Below are positions 19,021 to 27,162 of a DNA stretch of 54,475 nt, piece by piece. A program made the translations under genes and the position numbers. The stretch's first letter is position 1, and each line of letters opens with the position of its first letter. Under the pieces are notes generated by a model that saw only the letters and a program-made list of their open reading frames with translations, ran no database searches and was not told where the DNA came from. Source of the DNA: Myxococcales bacterium (GTDB taxonomy: Bacteria; Myxococcota_A; Polyangia; Polyangiales; Ga0077539); the NCBI GenBank assembly GCA_013298625.1, contig JAAFIF010000068.1:1-54475 (forward strand), in the 5' to 3' direction.

Positions 19021-19152
19021 AACTACTACCGCGCCGGGGTTCGTAGTTGTCCCGGTGCGCGGCGGTAGTTTGACTCGAGCTCTGCCGCGCTGATCCGCTC
19101 CGCGCGTCTTCGACGCCCGTCGCGGGCGCGGTATCGAACGCCTCGTGGACGG
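19021..19152 (-). repeat. ~125-bp repeat family, copy 1 (inverted relative to copies 2 and 3)
   Basis: CTACTACCGCGCCGGGGTTCGTAGTTGTCCCGGTGCGCGGCGGTAGTTTGACTCGAG...CGCTGATCCGCTC...CGCCCGTCGCGGGCGCGGTAT aligns to the reverse complement of 22236..22370 at about 80% identity. Confidence 0.6.
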
Positions 19153-19224
19153 TGGCTTGGCGCACGAAGACTGGTCGTTGTGACGACACGGGCGGAGCGA
19201 GGGATCGCCCAAAGTTGCTCAACT

Positions 19225-19448
19225 GAGTAAAAACCTTCCCCCTCAGCCCTGATCCCCCGCTCGCCAAGGTAAAAACCTTCCCCGTGCCGCCATGCACCCG
19301 CCCAGCCGAGGTTGAAACCTCGACTCAGCCGCCATCGCTGCCATCTGACCAAGGTAAAAACCTTCTCCGCGCTGCTCTGCACCCGCTCGACCGAGGTTGA
19401 AACCTCGATCCGCTACCGCTCGCCCGCTCTGACCAAGGTAAAAACCTT
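19225..19448. promoter_or_regulatory. Array of six phased AGGT-N4-ACCT palindromes (A-AGGTAAAAACCT-T alternating with G-AGGTTGAAACCT-C) at 42-bp spacing
   Basis: The palindrome midpoints are about 19231, 19272.5, 19314.5, 19357.5, 19399.5 and 19441.5. This equals 2.6 copies of an 84-bp tandem unit. It lies 130 bp upstream of the 19580 gene start, in a divergent intergenic region. Confidence 0.55.
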
Positions 19449-19579
19449 CCCCAATCCGCCAGACCACGACTCCCTGCCAGCGAGCGCCGCCAAATCCGCA
19501 CGGTCATGCTCTTTCTCGCTTGACTCTTCCCATTGCCCGATGCCACCCCTCGACACTCACACGGGAGGAGTCGTTTCAT

Positions 19580-20479
19580 ATGGGTATCGGGGAACATCCG
19601 GAAGCAGACCGTTTCGACGGCGACGAGCGCGCCGTTCAACAGCAGCACCTTCGCGCCGCTGCGCTCGACGCCATTCGCGCTGAGCTCGACGCGCTCGAGC
19701 TCGACAAGACGCCCGTCTACACGATGAGCGCCTCGTTTGCTGCGCCGACGGCGATCGACGCGTTCGACCGCTGCGCGTCGCTGATGCCGACGATCGAGCG
19801 ATTGCCCGACCTCGACGTCCCCCGATTGAAACGAATCGTCACCTACGCCAACGCGCTGCTCTACTGCAACGCCCGCGTCAACGCATACCAGGAGACCGAA
19901 GACGAGCTCAGTGACGTCGTCGAGGCCGCCCGCGAGATGCGCGGGATGTTGCTCGATGCGACCGCCGTTCCGCTGCGAAAGAAGAAGCTGCTGGCGTCGG
20001 TGGTCGACGAGCTGCGAAAGAAGAACACCACGGCCGAGCTCGTCGATGTGCTCGGCTCGCTCTACGAGCTGCTCTCGCCGTTCGTCGGGTCGTACATCGA
20101 GCAGAGCGACCTCGACCAGGCCAGCAAGCTCGTCGACGCGCTCGCAGCCAAGAGCAAAGCGAAGAACCGCCAGGACGTCACCTACTCGTCCCTCGTCGAT
20201 CAACGACGCAAGGTCGGCGCGCTGCTCGCCGCGGCGTACAAAGACCTCCGCGCCGCGGTCGCGTTCATTCGTCGCGAGCAAGAAGACCAAGACGACTTCG
20301 CGCCTGCCATTCGTGGCGGCGGCCGGCCCGCCAAGCAAGCGAAGGCCGAAGAGCCCGCGAAGCCCGAAGAGCCCAAAGAGCCGAGCAAGCCCGCGGACCC
20401 AGAGAAGCCGCGGTCGCTCACCCGCGGGCTCGTCGACGAGCCGTCGGATGACCCGTTCGATCAGGGCGAGTCGAAGTAA
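19580..20479 (+). CDS. hypothetical alpha-helical protein with charged Lys/Pro/Glu-rich C-terminal tail
   Basis: ATG at 19580 is preceded by GGGAGGAG. 300 aa with no recognised domain. It lies 18 bp upstream of the DUF853 ATPase gene. Confidence 0.6.
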   Translation: MGIGEHPEADRFDGDERAVQQQHLRAAALDAIRAELDALELDKTPVYTMSASFAAPTAIDAFDRCASLMPTIERLPDLDVPRLKRIVTYANALLYCNARVNAYQETEDELSDVVEAAREMRGMLLDATAVPLRKKKLLASVVDELRKKNTTAELVDVLGSLYELLSPFVGSYIEQSDLDQASKLVDALAAKSKAKNRQDVTYSSLVDQRRKVGALLAAAYKDLRAAVAFIRREQEDQDDFAPAIRGGGRPAKQAKAEEPAKPEEPKEPSKPADPEKPRSLTRGLVDEPSDDPFDQGESK

Positions 20480-20497
20480 TTCTCTGCGAGGTCTTCG

Positions 20498-21907
20498 ATG
20501 GTCATGCGACTCGGTCGTTGTTTGCCGCTCAGCAGGGACGGCGCCGCGTCGGTCTACGAGCTTCCCGCGCACCACCTCGTCACCCACGCCTTTCTCACCG
20601 GAATGACCGGGAGCGGAAAGACGGGGCTCTTGTTCGTGCTCGTCGAAGAGGCGCTGCGCGAGGGCGTCCCCGTGGTGCTGGTGGACGTGAAGGGGGATCT
20701 CACGAACCTCTTGCTGGCCTTCGACCTCGATGACCGCGAAGCGTTTCGTCCGTGGATCGACCGCGGCGCGCCGCAGTTCAAAGGAATCCCCGAGGACGAC
20801 ATCATCGCCACGCTCGCGGCCGCCCGCGACCACGGGCTCTCGCGCGCGGGCCTCGACGCCGACGACGTTCGGCGCTTTCGCGAGCGCACGCACGTCCGAA
20901 TCCTCACGCCCGGCACCACCGCGGGAGAGCCCGTTCATCTCTTTTCGTCGCTCGAACACCGATCGGCCCTGTGGGACACGGACGAAGAGGTCGCGCGCGA
21001 CAGCCTCGCGACCGCGGTCTCGCTGGTGCTTCGCCTGGTGGGCCGCGACGGCGACCCCGCGCGCTCGCGCGAACACGTCCTGCTCTCGCTGCTCGCCGAG
21101 CGCCGCCTGCGCGACGGCCGCAGCGCCGAGCTCAGCGAGCTCGTGCGCGAAGTGATCGACCCGCCCATCGAGACCGTCGGCGCGATGGAGCTCGACGCGT
21201 TTATCTCCAAGCGCGACCGCAACGCCCTCGCGGCGGCGCTCAACGCCCTGCTCGCCTCGCCGTCGTTCGCCTCGTGGCGCACGGGCGCGGCCCTCGATGT
21301 GAAGCAATGGCTCGCGCCGCGCGAAGACGGCCGCACGCCCGCGGTGATCGTGAGCGTCGCGCACCTCGACGAGGACGAGCGCCGCGAAGTGCTCGGGCTG
21401 GTCCTCGACGAGCTGTACGCCTACGTTCGCTCGCTCTCGGGCACCTCGGCGCTGCGCGCGCTCATCGCGATCGACGAGGTGTACGGAATGCTTCCTCCGC
21501 ACCCCGCCAACCCCGCGACCAAGCGCCCGATCGTCTCGCTCATGAAGCAAGCGCGCGCGTTCGGCGTGGGAGTCGTCCTGGCAACGCAGAACCCGATGGA
21601 CGTGGACTACAGGGCGCTCAGCAACGCCGGGCTGTGGTTCGTCGGCTGTTTGCAGACCGACGCCGACCGCGAGCGGGTGATCGAAGGTCTCTGCTCGTCC
21701 GACCAAGGGCCCAGCGACCGCGCGAGCCGCAAGGAGCTCTCGGACACGGTCAAGCGCCTCGGCCGCCGCTGGTTCGTCGTGCGAAACGCGCACGACCGCA
21801 ACGCAGGAAGCGCGCTGCTGCAACCGCGGCACACGATCGCGTGGATGCGCGGGCCCCTCACGCGCGCCGAGCTCAAGCGCGTCGCTGCAGAGCGCGACGT
21901 GGAGTGA
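20498..21907 (+). CDS. HerA/FtsK-superfamily P-loop ATPase, DUF853 (YjgR-like)
   Basis: Walker A LTGMTGSGKTGL, Walker B-like ALIAIDEVYGML, and VLATQNPMDVDYRALSNAGLWFVG (the HerA-type TQxP motif). Confidence 0.8.
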   Translation: MVMRLGRCLPLSRDGAASVYELPAHHLVTHAFLTGMTGSGKTGLLFVLVEEALREGVPVVLVDVKGDLTNLLLAFDLDDREAFRPWIDRGAPQFKGIPEDDIIATLAAARDHGLSRAGLDADDVRRFRERTHVRILTPGTTAGEPVHLFSSLEHRSALWDTDEEVARDSLATAVSLVLRLVGRDGDPARSREHVLLSLLAERRLRDGRSAELSELVREVIDPPIETVGAMELDAFISKRDRNALAAALNALLASPSFASWRTGAALDVKQWLAPREDGRTPAVIVSVAHLDEDERREVLGLVLDELYAYVRSLSGTSALRALIAIDEVYGMLPPHPANPATKRPIVSLMKQARAFGVGVVLATQNPMDVDYRALSNAGLWFVGCLQTDADRERVIEGLCSSDQGPSDRASRKELSDTVKRLGRRWFVVRNAHDRNAGSALLQPRHTIAWMRGPLTRAELKRVAAERDVE

Positions 21908-22235
21908 GGGGGAGCGAGCGGAAGAGCGCGAGCGCACACAGTGCGGCCGCGCAGCGGCGTTCGTCGAAGCGATTCTCGCGGCAGAGGTGTCGCGCGAACC
22001 GGGGCGCTCGAGGCTCGTTTTGCAGCAGTTGCGCGCCATCGACGCGGCGTGTCGTGCTTCGCGGTCGGGCTCGCCACATAGGCTCGGCGAACGGGCGAAC
22101 GAAGCGCGATGATGACCACGCGTCGAAGACGGTCGTTCGTTTCGCCAGGCGTGGCTGTCCGGGCTCGTCCTGTCGTGCGGCGAGAAGACGGGGCAGGGCG
22201 TTGCCTGCAAAATGCCCGTGCGCAGAACGCGCCCG

Positions 22236-22370
22236 GCTGTCGTCCTCGTCAACTATACCGCGCCCGCGACGGGCATCGAAGATGCCCAAGCGGATCAGCG
22301 CGGTTGAAATCAAGTCAAACCACTGCCGCGCACCGAGAAAACTACGAACCCCGTCGCGGTAGTGGTAGAG
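22236..22370 (+). repeat. ~125-bp repeat family, copy 2
   Basis: See copy 1. It contains the hairpin GGGCATCgaaGATGCCC and the inverted segment CCACTGCCGCG...CGCGGTAGTGG. Confidence 0.6.
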
Positions 22371-22535
22371 GAGAGCGACGTTTCAACGATCCGTCGAGTT
22401 GGCGACGATCCACGGCACGGACGTTTCGATGGGACACTCCGACGATGGAAAGCGTGTAGACTCCGCCTTCGAAATCAAAACTGACGATCGGCCGAAGTTC
22501 CTGTGGAGGCGATAGTGCTACGCGAGTGCGGTCTG

Positions 22536-22832
22536 ATGTTGATGGTGTTGTCTTCAGGTTGCGCTCCGTGCTCGCGACTGCCGTTCGTTTCGGGACGCCA
22601 GGTCACTCCATCGGAGATCGAGGTTTTTCGCGACGCCGGAATTCAGTCGGACAGCGAAGCAGACGAAGCAGGCTGCGCCGTTCTGTGTCCTTCTCGGTCC
22701 GTCGAACAGTGCGCCTATTACGTCTATTGCCGTGGTGAGGCAGGATTCGGCGCATGCGACCACGATGCGGGAGGCGTGGCATTTGGAAGAGTGTATTGCA
22801 CGTCCTCTGTTTGCTCGAATTCGCTTCCTTGA
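22536..22832 (+). CDS. possible small lipoprotein (low-GC island)
   Basis: MLMVLSSGCAPCS lipobox-like start in a 55%-GC segment. No homology recognised; weak call. Confidence 0.3.
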   Translation: MLMVLSSGCAPCSRLPFVSGRQVTPSEIEVFRDAGIQSDSEADEAGCAVLCPSRSVEQCAYYVYCRGEAGFGACDHDAGGVAFGRVYCTSSVCSNSLP

Positions 22833-22898
22833 CCCGCTTCGAACGCTTGATCCGGGGACTGTGACCAACGGGGACCACGGCAAACGGGGACGGCAAAC

Positions 22899-23111
22899 GG
22901 GGACGGTGTTCAATAGTTCACAACTCCGGGATAACTCCGCGAGATCACGTTGGCCCGCGTCGGCGCTGCCGTCGCTGCGCTGCTGGGCGCGTTCGCAATC
23001 GATTGAACGCCGTCGCTCCCCCGCGGTCTCCCTTGGCCCACCCGCCCTGCAGCCCGCTGTCGCGATCTCGCGGAGTTATCCCGGTGTCGTGAACTATTGA
23101 ACACCGTCCCC
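22899..23111 (+). mobile_element. MITE-like non-autonomous element, copy A (213 bp, about 48-bp terminal inverted repeats)
   Basis: Left end GGGGACGGTGTTCAATAGTTCACAACTCCGGGATAACTCCGCGAGATC. Right end GATCTCGCGGAGTTATCCCGGTGTCGTGAACTATTGAACACCGTCCCC. No ORF is present. Confidence 0.7.
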
Positions 23112-23242
23112 GTACCGTTGTTTCGTCGCCTGTGCACGCTGTCTCGCGAGCGCCGTCGGTGTGGCGCAGTCGATCGCCGCGGCTTGACCACGGCGGGACC
23201 TGCTCGGATCCCTGCCAAACAGTGGCTGACGGCGCAGTCTTG

Positions 23243-25411
23243 CTACAACGTCTTGCGCCAGCATGTCTGAATACGGAGGTCATGCAATTCACACTCGCCT
23301 TCGCCGGATGTGGTCACGCCGAAAGAAATCACGACATCGTCCAGCGGAATATCGATAGCGCAACTTGCGAATGTCCAGTCCGACGTGGGAGTGACGCGTT
23401 GCTGAGAGACAGAGAGCAACACTCGATCCAACGTGTCTAGCCGAATCCAAACGCTCACTGCAAATTGATCGTTACTTCGGGCTCGCAGAGAAAACTGCAC
23501 ATGAGCGAGATCGGGCGCGCCCCGAGAACGCAGGCAGATGACCGCCGCGTCGTCTTGTTCGGCCGATACCCCTCGGACGAGTATCACCTGACGACCGTCT
23601 CGCAACGATTGCTGCACCGAGCACTCGAACCCATTTCCGCAACGGTGTGGAGGTGTTGCCCAATGCTCAGGTAGTTCGCCTGTTCGTGCGTTGTCGATGT
23701 CTGGAGACTCCAGGTTGCTCGATGTAGGAATGTCGTACGAAGAGCCAATGTGCGAAGGCAGCAGCGCGACAGGGGTAGACGCGCGAACACAAATCAGTGC
23801 ATCGGTGGAGCGAAGGGCGTGCGTGATGGAGGAGCTGCCGCTCGGCGTAGTCGAAATCGCAACCGCACCGATAGAATGACAGTGATGCAGGGGATCGAGG
23901 TACAGTTGAGGCTCCCCTGTGGTATCAGTCATAATTTCAGGTGACGCCCACACACCGAACGATGCCGTACGATCGAGTGCGCTCGATTCTAACGCGGGGC
24001 TGCGAAGTGGATCAAGACGGCAAGCCTGCAATTGAAAACCGCTGTTCTGCTGTGGGACAGCAGCGAGAAACTCTCCGTCCAGCGCGCTCAATCCAATGAC
24101 AGAATACGAAACGCCTGCTCGCAGCAACTCGCCGCCAAGTGTTGCGGCATCTCCAAATGCATCCTGCCTCTGAAGATGTGCTAGGTGGGCGAAAACAAGG
24201 CCGCCGCTTGGCGATAGATCTCGCTGCGCCTGCGCAACACGGCGAGCCATCATTGCATCACGGACGATCGACTGCTCGCGCAACGACGCACAGCGGCGAA
24301 GCTCGAGACAATCGCGAACGTAGCTGGAAATTCTCTCAAACAGCGGACAGGAGCCGAGTTCAAATTGCAGTGAGGCGATGAGCTCGCCGGTCTGCTCCAC
24401 CACGCAGTCGCACATGGGACTCGAAGAGGACGCGCGCAGCTCGTCGCGATGTGTACGGTAGAGCGCGCTCGCTCGCTTGCGCCACGCGAGCGAAATGTGT
24501 GGGTGTCGAATAGTCCACCGAAACGCAGAGTCCAGACCCTGCGCGTCGATACCGACAATACAAATTCGCTCCGAAATGCCGTGCTCGAAGTTCCATGCCC
24601 GCAACCACAGCAGCATATCGAGAAACTCTCGAGTTCGGTGAATCCACCAGCCCGTATCGAGCAGAATTTTATGTGAGTCTCGGGACTCGCCGCAAACAAA
24701 TTGGTTCAGCTCAGCGATGTCGAGATCGTTCGCTTCTACTGCTATCCAGCGAAGCCATCCAAGTGAAGCTGCGCCTTGCGCAATTGCCAAGCGTGCTGCC
24801 CCGAACTCTGCGGTGCCGTGAGTGGTTTCACCAACTCCCACGATATCAGAAGCGGAAAACACCTTCGCGCCGACTTCGGATAGCAGCGGCTGAATTGCGA
24901 GCTCTGCCAGCGTGTCGATGGACCTGCGCGTCCAGCGGAATGCACGAGGTGGTTGACTCGGCCGGAGAGAACAGTCAACTCCGGGGACACACCAAGTCCA
25001 ATCAGTGACCTGCGCGCCGTCGTGGAATGCAGCAGCAACCCAGCCGCCTTCGTCGAGACACTGCAGGTCCCAGGTGCCGGTCGCATCTTCCGCAAGAGTC
25101 GCGCAAACTGCGCGGTTTTGCACCGTTGTACTGCATGCGAGCACGACGACGTCGCGTGCACTGGACTGAAGTTGAACTCTGCCACGAAGCCAACGTTCTG
25201 GACGATCTGGTTCAACACCCGTCTGGTCGCGTCGTCGTTGCAGCGTGCCACTAACGCTGACTACAAAGATCTCGTGTCTGTCCGGCGCTCCGACCGACGA
25301 TCGGTGGCGGATGCCGTGCGCATCGGTGCGCAGATTTGCCGTGATCGGCAACACACTCTGGTTTGGCCAAGTCACCACGACACACATCCTCGCGGCTGGA
25401 ATATTCTGCAT
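23243..25411 (-). CDS. erythromycin esterase (Ere/ChaN-like) family protein with extra N- and C-terminal domains
   Basis: FSASDIVGVGETTHGTAEF and LLDTGWWIHRTREFLDMLLWLRAWN match the Ere-family GEATHGxxEF and WxxRNxxM...WLR motifs. 722 aa at about 54% GC. Confidence 0.7.
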   Translation of the reverse strand: MQNIPAARMCVVVTWPNQSVLPITANLRTDAHGIRHRSSVGAPDRHEIFVVSVSGTLQRRRDQTGVEPDRPERWLRGRVQLQSSARDVVVLACSTTVQNRAVCATLAEDATGTWDLQCLDEGGWVAAAFHDGAQVTDWTWCVPGVDCSLRPSQPPRAFRWTRRSIDTLAELAIQPLLSEVGAKVFSASDIVGVGETTHGTAEFGAARLAIAQGAASLGWLRWIAVEANDLDIAELNQFVCGESRDSHKILLDTGWWIHRTREFLDMLLWLRAWNFEHGISERICIVGIDAQGLDSAFRWTIRHPHISLAWRKRASALYRTHRDELRASSSSPMCDCVVEQTGELIASLQFELGSCPLFERISSYVRDCLELRRCASLREQSIVRDAMMARRVAQAQRDLSPSGGLVFAHLAHLQRQDAFGDAATLGGELLRAGVSYSVIGLSALDGEFLAAVPQQNSGFQLQACRLDPLRSPALESSALDRTASFGVWASPEIMTDTTGEPQLYLDPLHHCHSIGAVAISTTPSGSSSITHALRSTDALICVRASTPVALLPSHIGSSYDIPTSSNLESPDIDNARTGELPEHWATPPHRCGNGFECSVQQSLRDGRQVILVRGVSAEQDDAAVICLRSRGAPDLAHVQFSLRARSNDQFAVSVWIRLDTLDRVLLSVSQQRVTPTSDWTFASCAIDIPLDDVVISFGVTTSGEGECELHDLRIQTCWRKTL

Positions 25412-25486
25412 GAAGTTCTACCCTCTGGCTGAAGAGTGCGTGCGTCCGTCGCGAAGGAGGAGATAAGCGTGAGGTTGTGGGCCAAC

Positions 25487-25698
25487 GGGGACGGTGTTCA
25501 ATAGTTCACGACACCGGGATAACTCCGCGAGATCACGTTGGCCCGCGTCCGCGCTGCCGTCGCTGCGCTGCTGGGCGCGTTCGCAATCGATTGAACGCCG
25601 TCGCTCCCCCACGGTCTCCCTTGGCCCACCCGCCCTGCAGCCCGCTGTCGCGATCTCGCGGAGTTATCCCGGAGTCGTGAACTATTGAACACCGTCCC
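25487..25698 (+). mobile_element. MITE-like element, copy B (same orientation as copy A, about 95% identical)
   Basis: GGGGACGGTGTTCAATAGTTCACGACACCGGGATAACTCCGCGAGATC...GATCTCGCGGAGTTATCCCGGAGTCGTGAACTATTGAACACCGTCCC. Confidence 0.7.
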
Positions 25699-25837
25699 TG
25701 TGGCGCTGCGTGCGAACCGCGCACGACCGCAACGCGGGCAGCGCGCTGCTGCAACCGCGGCACACGATCGCGTGGATGCGCGGGCCCCTCACGCGCGCCG
25801 AGCTCGAGCGCGTCGCTGCAGAGCGCGAAGCCGAGTG
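25699..25837 (+). pseudogene. 3'-terminal fragment of a DUF853 ATPase paralogue
   Basis: It encodes ...AHDRNAGSALLQPRHTIAWMRGPLTRAELERVAAEREAE*, which is about 93% nucleotide-identical to 21787-21907 (the end of the intact DUF853 gene). It begins immediately after MITE copy B. Confidence 0.5.
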
Positions 25838-25847
25838 ACGGGAGCGA

Positions 25848-26363
25848 GTGAAAGCACGAGCGCACACAGAGCGGCTGAAGGCATCGGTCGTCACAGCGGT
25901 GCGGCTTGCGTTGGCCTCGGTCACGCGCCGCGGGCTCAGCGTGCGCTGGTCTGTCTGGGCGCTCGCGCTGTTGTCGAGAGGATGCCTCGCTCGAATCGCA
26001 GTGAGCTCTTCGCTGTCGTCGGTCGCCGTGCTCGCGTTGCCGATGCGATTGCGCGCTGCGCTCGTGTTGCAGCAGGTGTCCGCGGATCCAGCAGCGCGAA
26101 GGCTCGCAGAGCAGCGCGCGCTGGCGGCCATCACGTGGAAGATGGACCTCGACGCAGTGCGGGGAGAGGGGCGCGTCGAGGGCGAAGCGCGCGGTGAAGA
26201 GAAGGCTCGCACCGCAGCGCTTCGCGCGTCGATCGTCGACCTGTGCGACGTGCTTGAGATCGCGCTGACCGACGAGCAACGCGCCGCGCTCGCGGCGATG
26301 ACGTGGACCGAGCTCGACTCGCTGCGACTGCGCATCAAGAGCGAACACCGCCGGCCCGAGTGA
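25848..26363 (+). CDS. hypothetical protein (171 aa)
   Basis: High GC3. A degenerate, truncated homologue (…RSRLVLQQLRAIDAAC…) lies at 21910-22080 just downstream of the intact DUF853 gene. Confidence 0.5.
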   Translation: MKARAHTERLKASVVTAVRLALASVTRRGLSVRWSVWALALLSRGCLARIAVSSSLSSVAVLALPMRLRAALVLQQVSADPAARRLAEQRALAAITWKMDLDAVRGEGRVEGEARGEEKARTAALRASIVDLCDVLEIALTDEQRAALAAMTWTELDSLRLRIKSEHRRPE

Positions 26364-26576
26364 TTCGCCATCGCCCGCGCCGACGCAGGCCCGCGCCGAC
26401 GACGCCCCACATCCCCCGCGTCGCGTAACGCCCCGCAACGCAAATTCTCTGGAAATACTCGGATAAATCAGTAGCTTCGCGCGCCCGTTGCAGGGCTGTT
26501 GCGCGATCGCCTCGTTGACCTTCGGCGCGCGTCCGGCCCGAATTTTCACCATTCGCACTTTGGAGCACACGAAATC

Positions 26577-27125
26577 ATGATCTCGCTGAAAACCCTGAGC
26601 CCCTTCGCCCTCTCGCTCGCGCTCGTGGCCTGTGGACCGACGACGCCCGCCGGCCGTGACGGATCGACGACCGGCGACGCCGCCGCGGTGACCGACACCG
26701 GCGTTCGCGCGGACTCTGGGACCTCGAGGCCCGACGCCATGACCAACAGCGACCGCTGCGCGGCGACGGACATGAACGCCAACTCGACCGTCGGCTGCAA
26801 CGGCGGCTTCGCCATGGGCACGCCCGCGATGAACACCCCCGGCGGCACCTGCAGCGGCGGTGGCATGGCGATGCCCATGGGCTCGTGCGGCGCCAACATG
26901 CAGTGCAGCGCCGACATGGGCGCGATGGGCATCTGCTTCGCCGGCTGCATGCCCGGCTCGACCTACGTCAGCACCGGCGGCTGCCCGACGGGCTCGCGCT
27001 GCTTCGACCTCATGGGCAACGGCCTGTGCTTCCTCGACTGCGACGCGACGCACGCGTGCCCCAACGGGATGATGTGCGACGGCGAGGGCTCGTGCGTGCC
27101 GCCCATGATGGGCAAGGCGAACTGA
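26577..27125 (+). CDS. Cys/Gly/Met-rich lipoprotein, hypothetical
   Basis: MISLKTLSPFALSLALVACG lipobox; RBS GGAG at 26561. Confidence 0.6.
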   Translation: MISLKTLSPFALSLALVACGPTTPAGRDGSTTGDAAAVTDTGVRADSGTSRPDAMTNSDRCAATDMNANSTVGCNGGFAMGTPAMNTPGGTCSGGGMAMPMGSCGANMQCSADMGAMGICFAGCMPGSTYVSTGGCPTGSRCFDLMGNGLCFLDCDATHACPNGMMCDGEGSCVPPMMGKAN

Positions 27126-27133
27126 GCGTCGCG

Positions 27134-27162
27134 GTCAGGGCTTCTTCTTCCCTGACTTTCCT
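27134..27162 (+). terminator. hairpin between convergent lipoprotein and pth genes
   Basis: GTCAGGG-cttcttctt-CCCTGAC followed by TTTCC. It overlaps the pth stop codon. Confidence 0.35.

Noticed and set aside
19021-19152. tRNA or tmRNA-like origin of the 125-bp repeat
   Set aside because: No cloverleaf, no GTTCGAATCC-type T-loop or CCA context. The copies differ in the would-be stems.
19225-19448. Possible CRISPR array
   Set aside because: Two different repeat types alternate, the 'spacers' are themselves partly conserved, the repeats are palindromic 12-14-mers rather than 28-37-mers, and there are no cas genes. I interpret it as an operator or iteron-like array.
22899-23111. Small ORFs inside the MITE copies (e.g. 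22910..23218, 25494..25688)
   Set aside because: They are identical junk peptides generated by the repeat itself, present on both strands.
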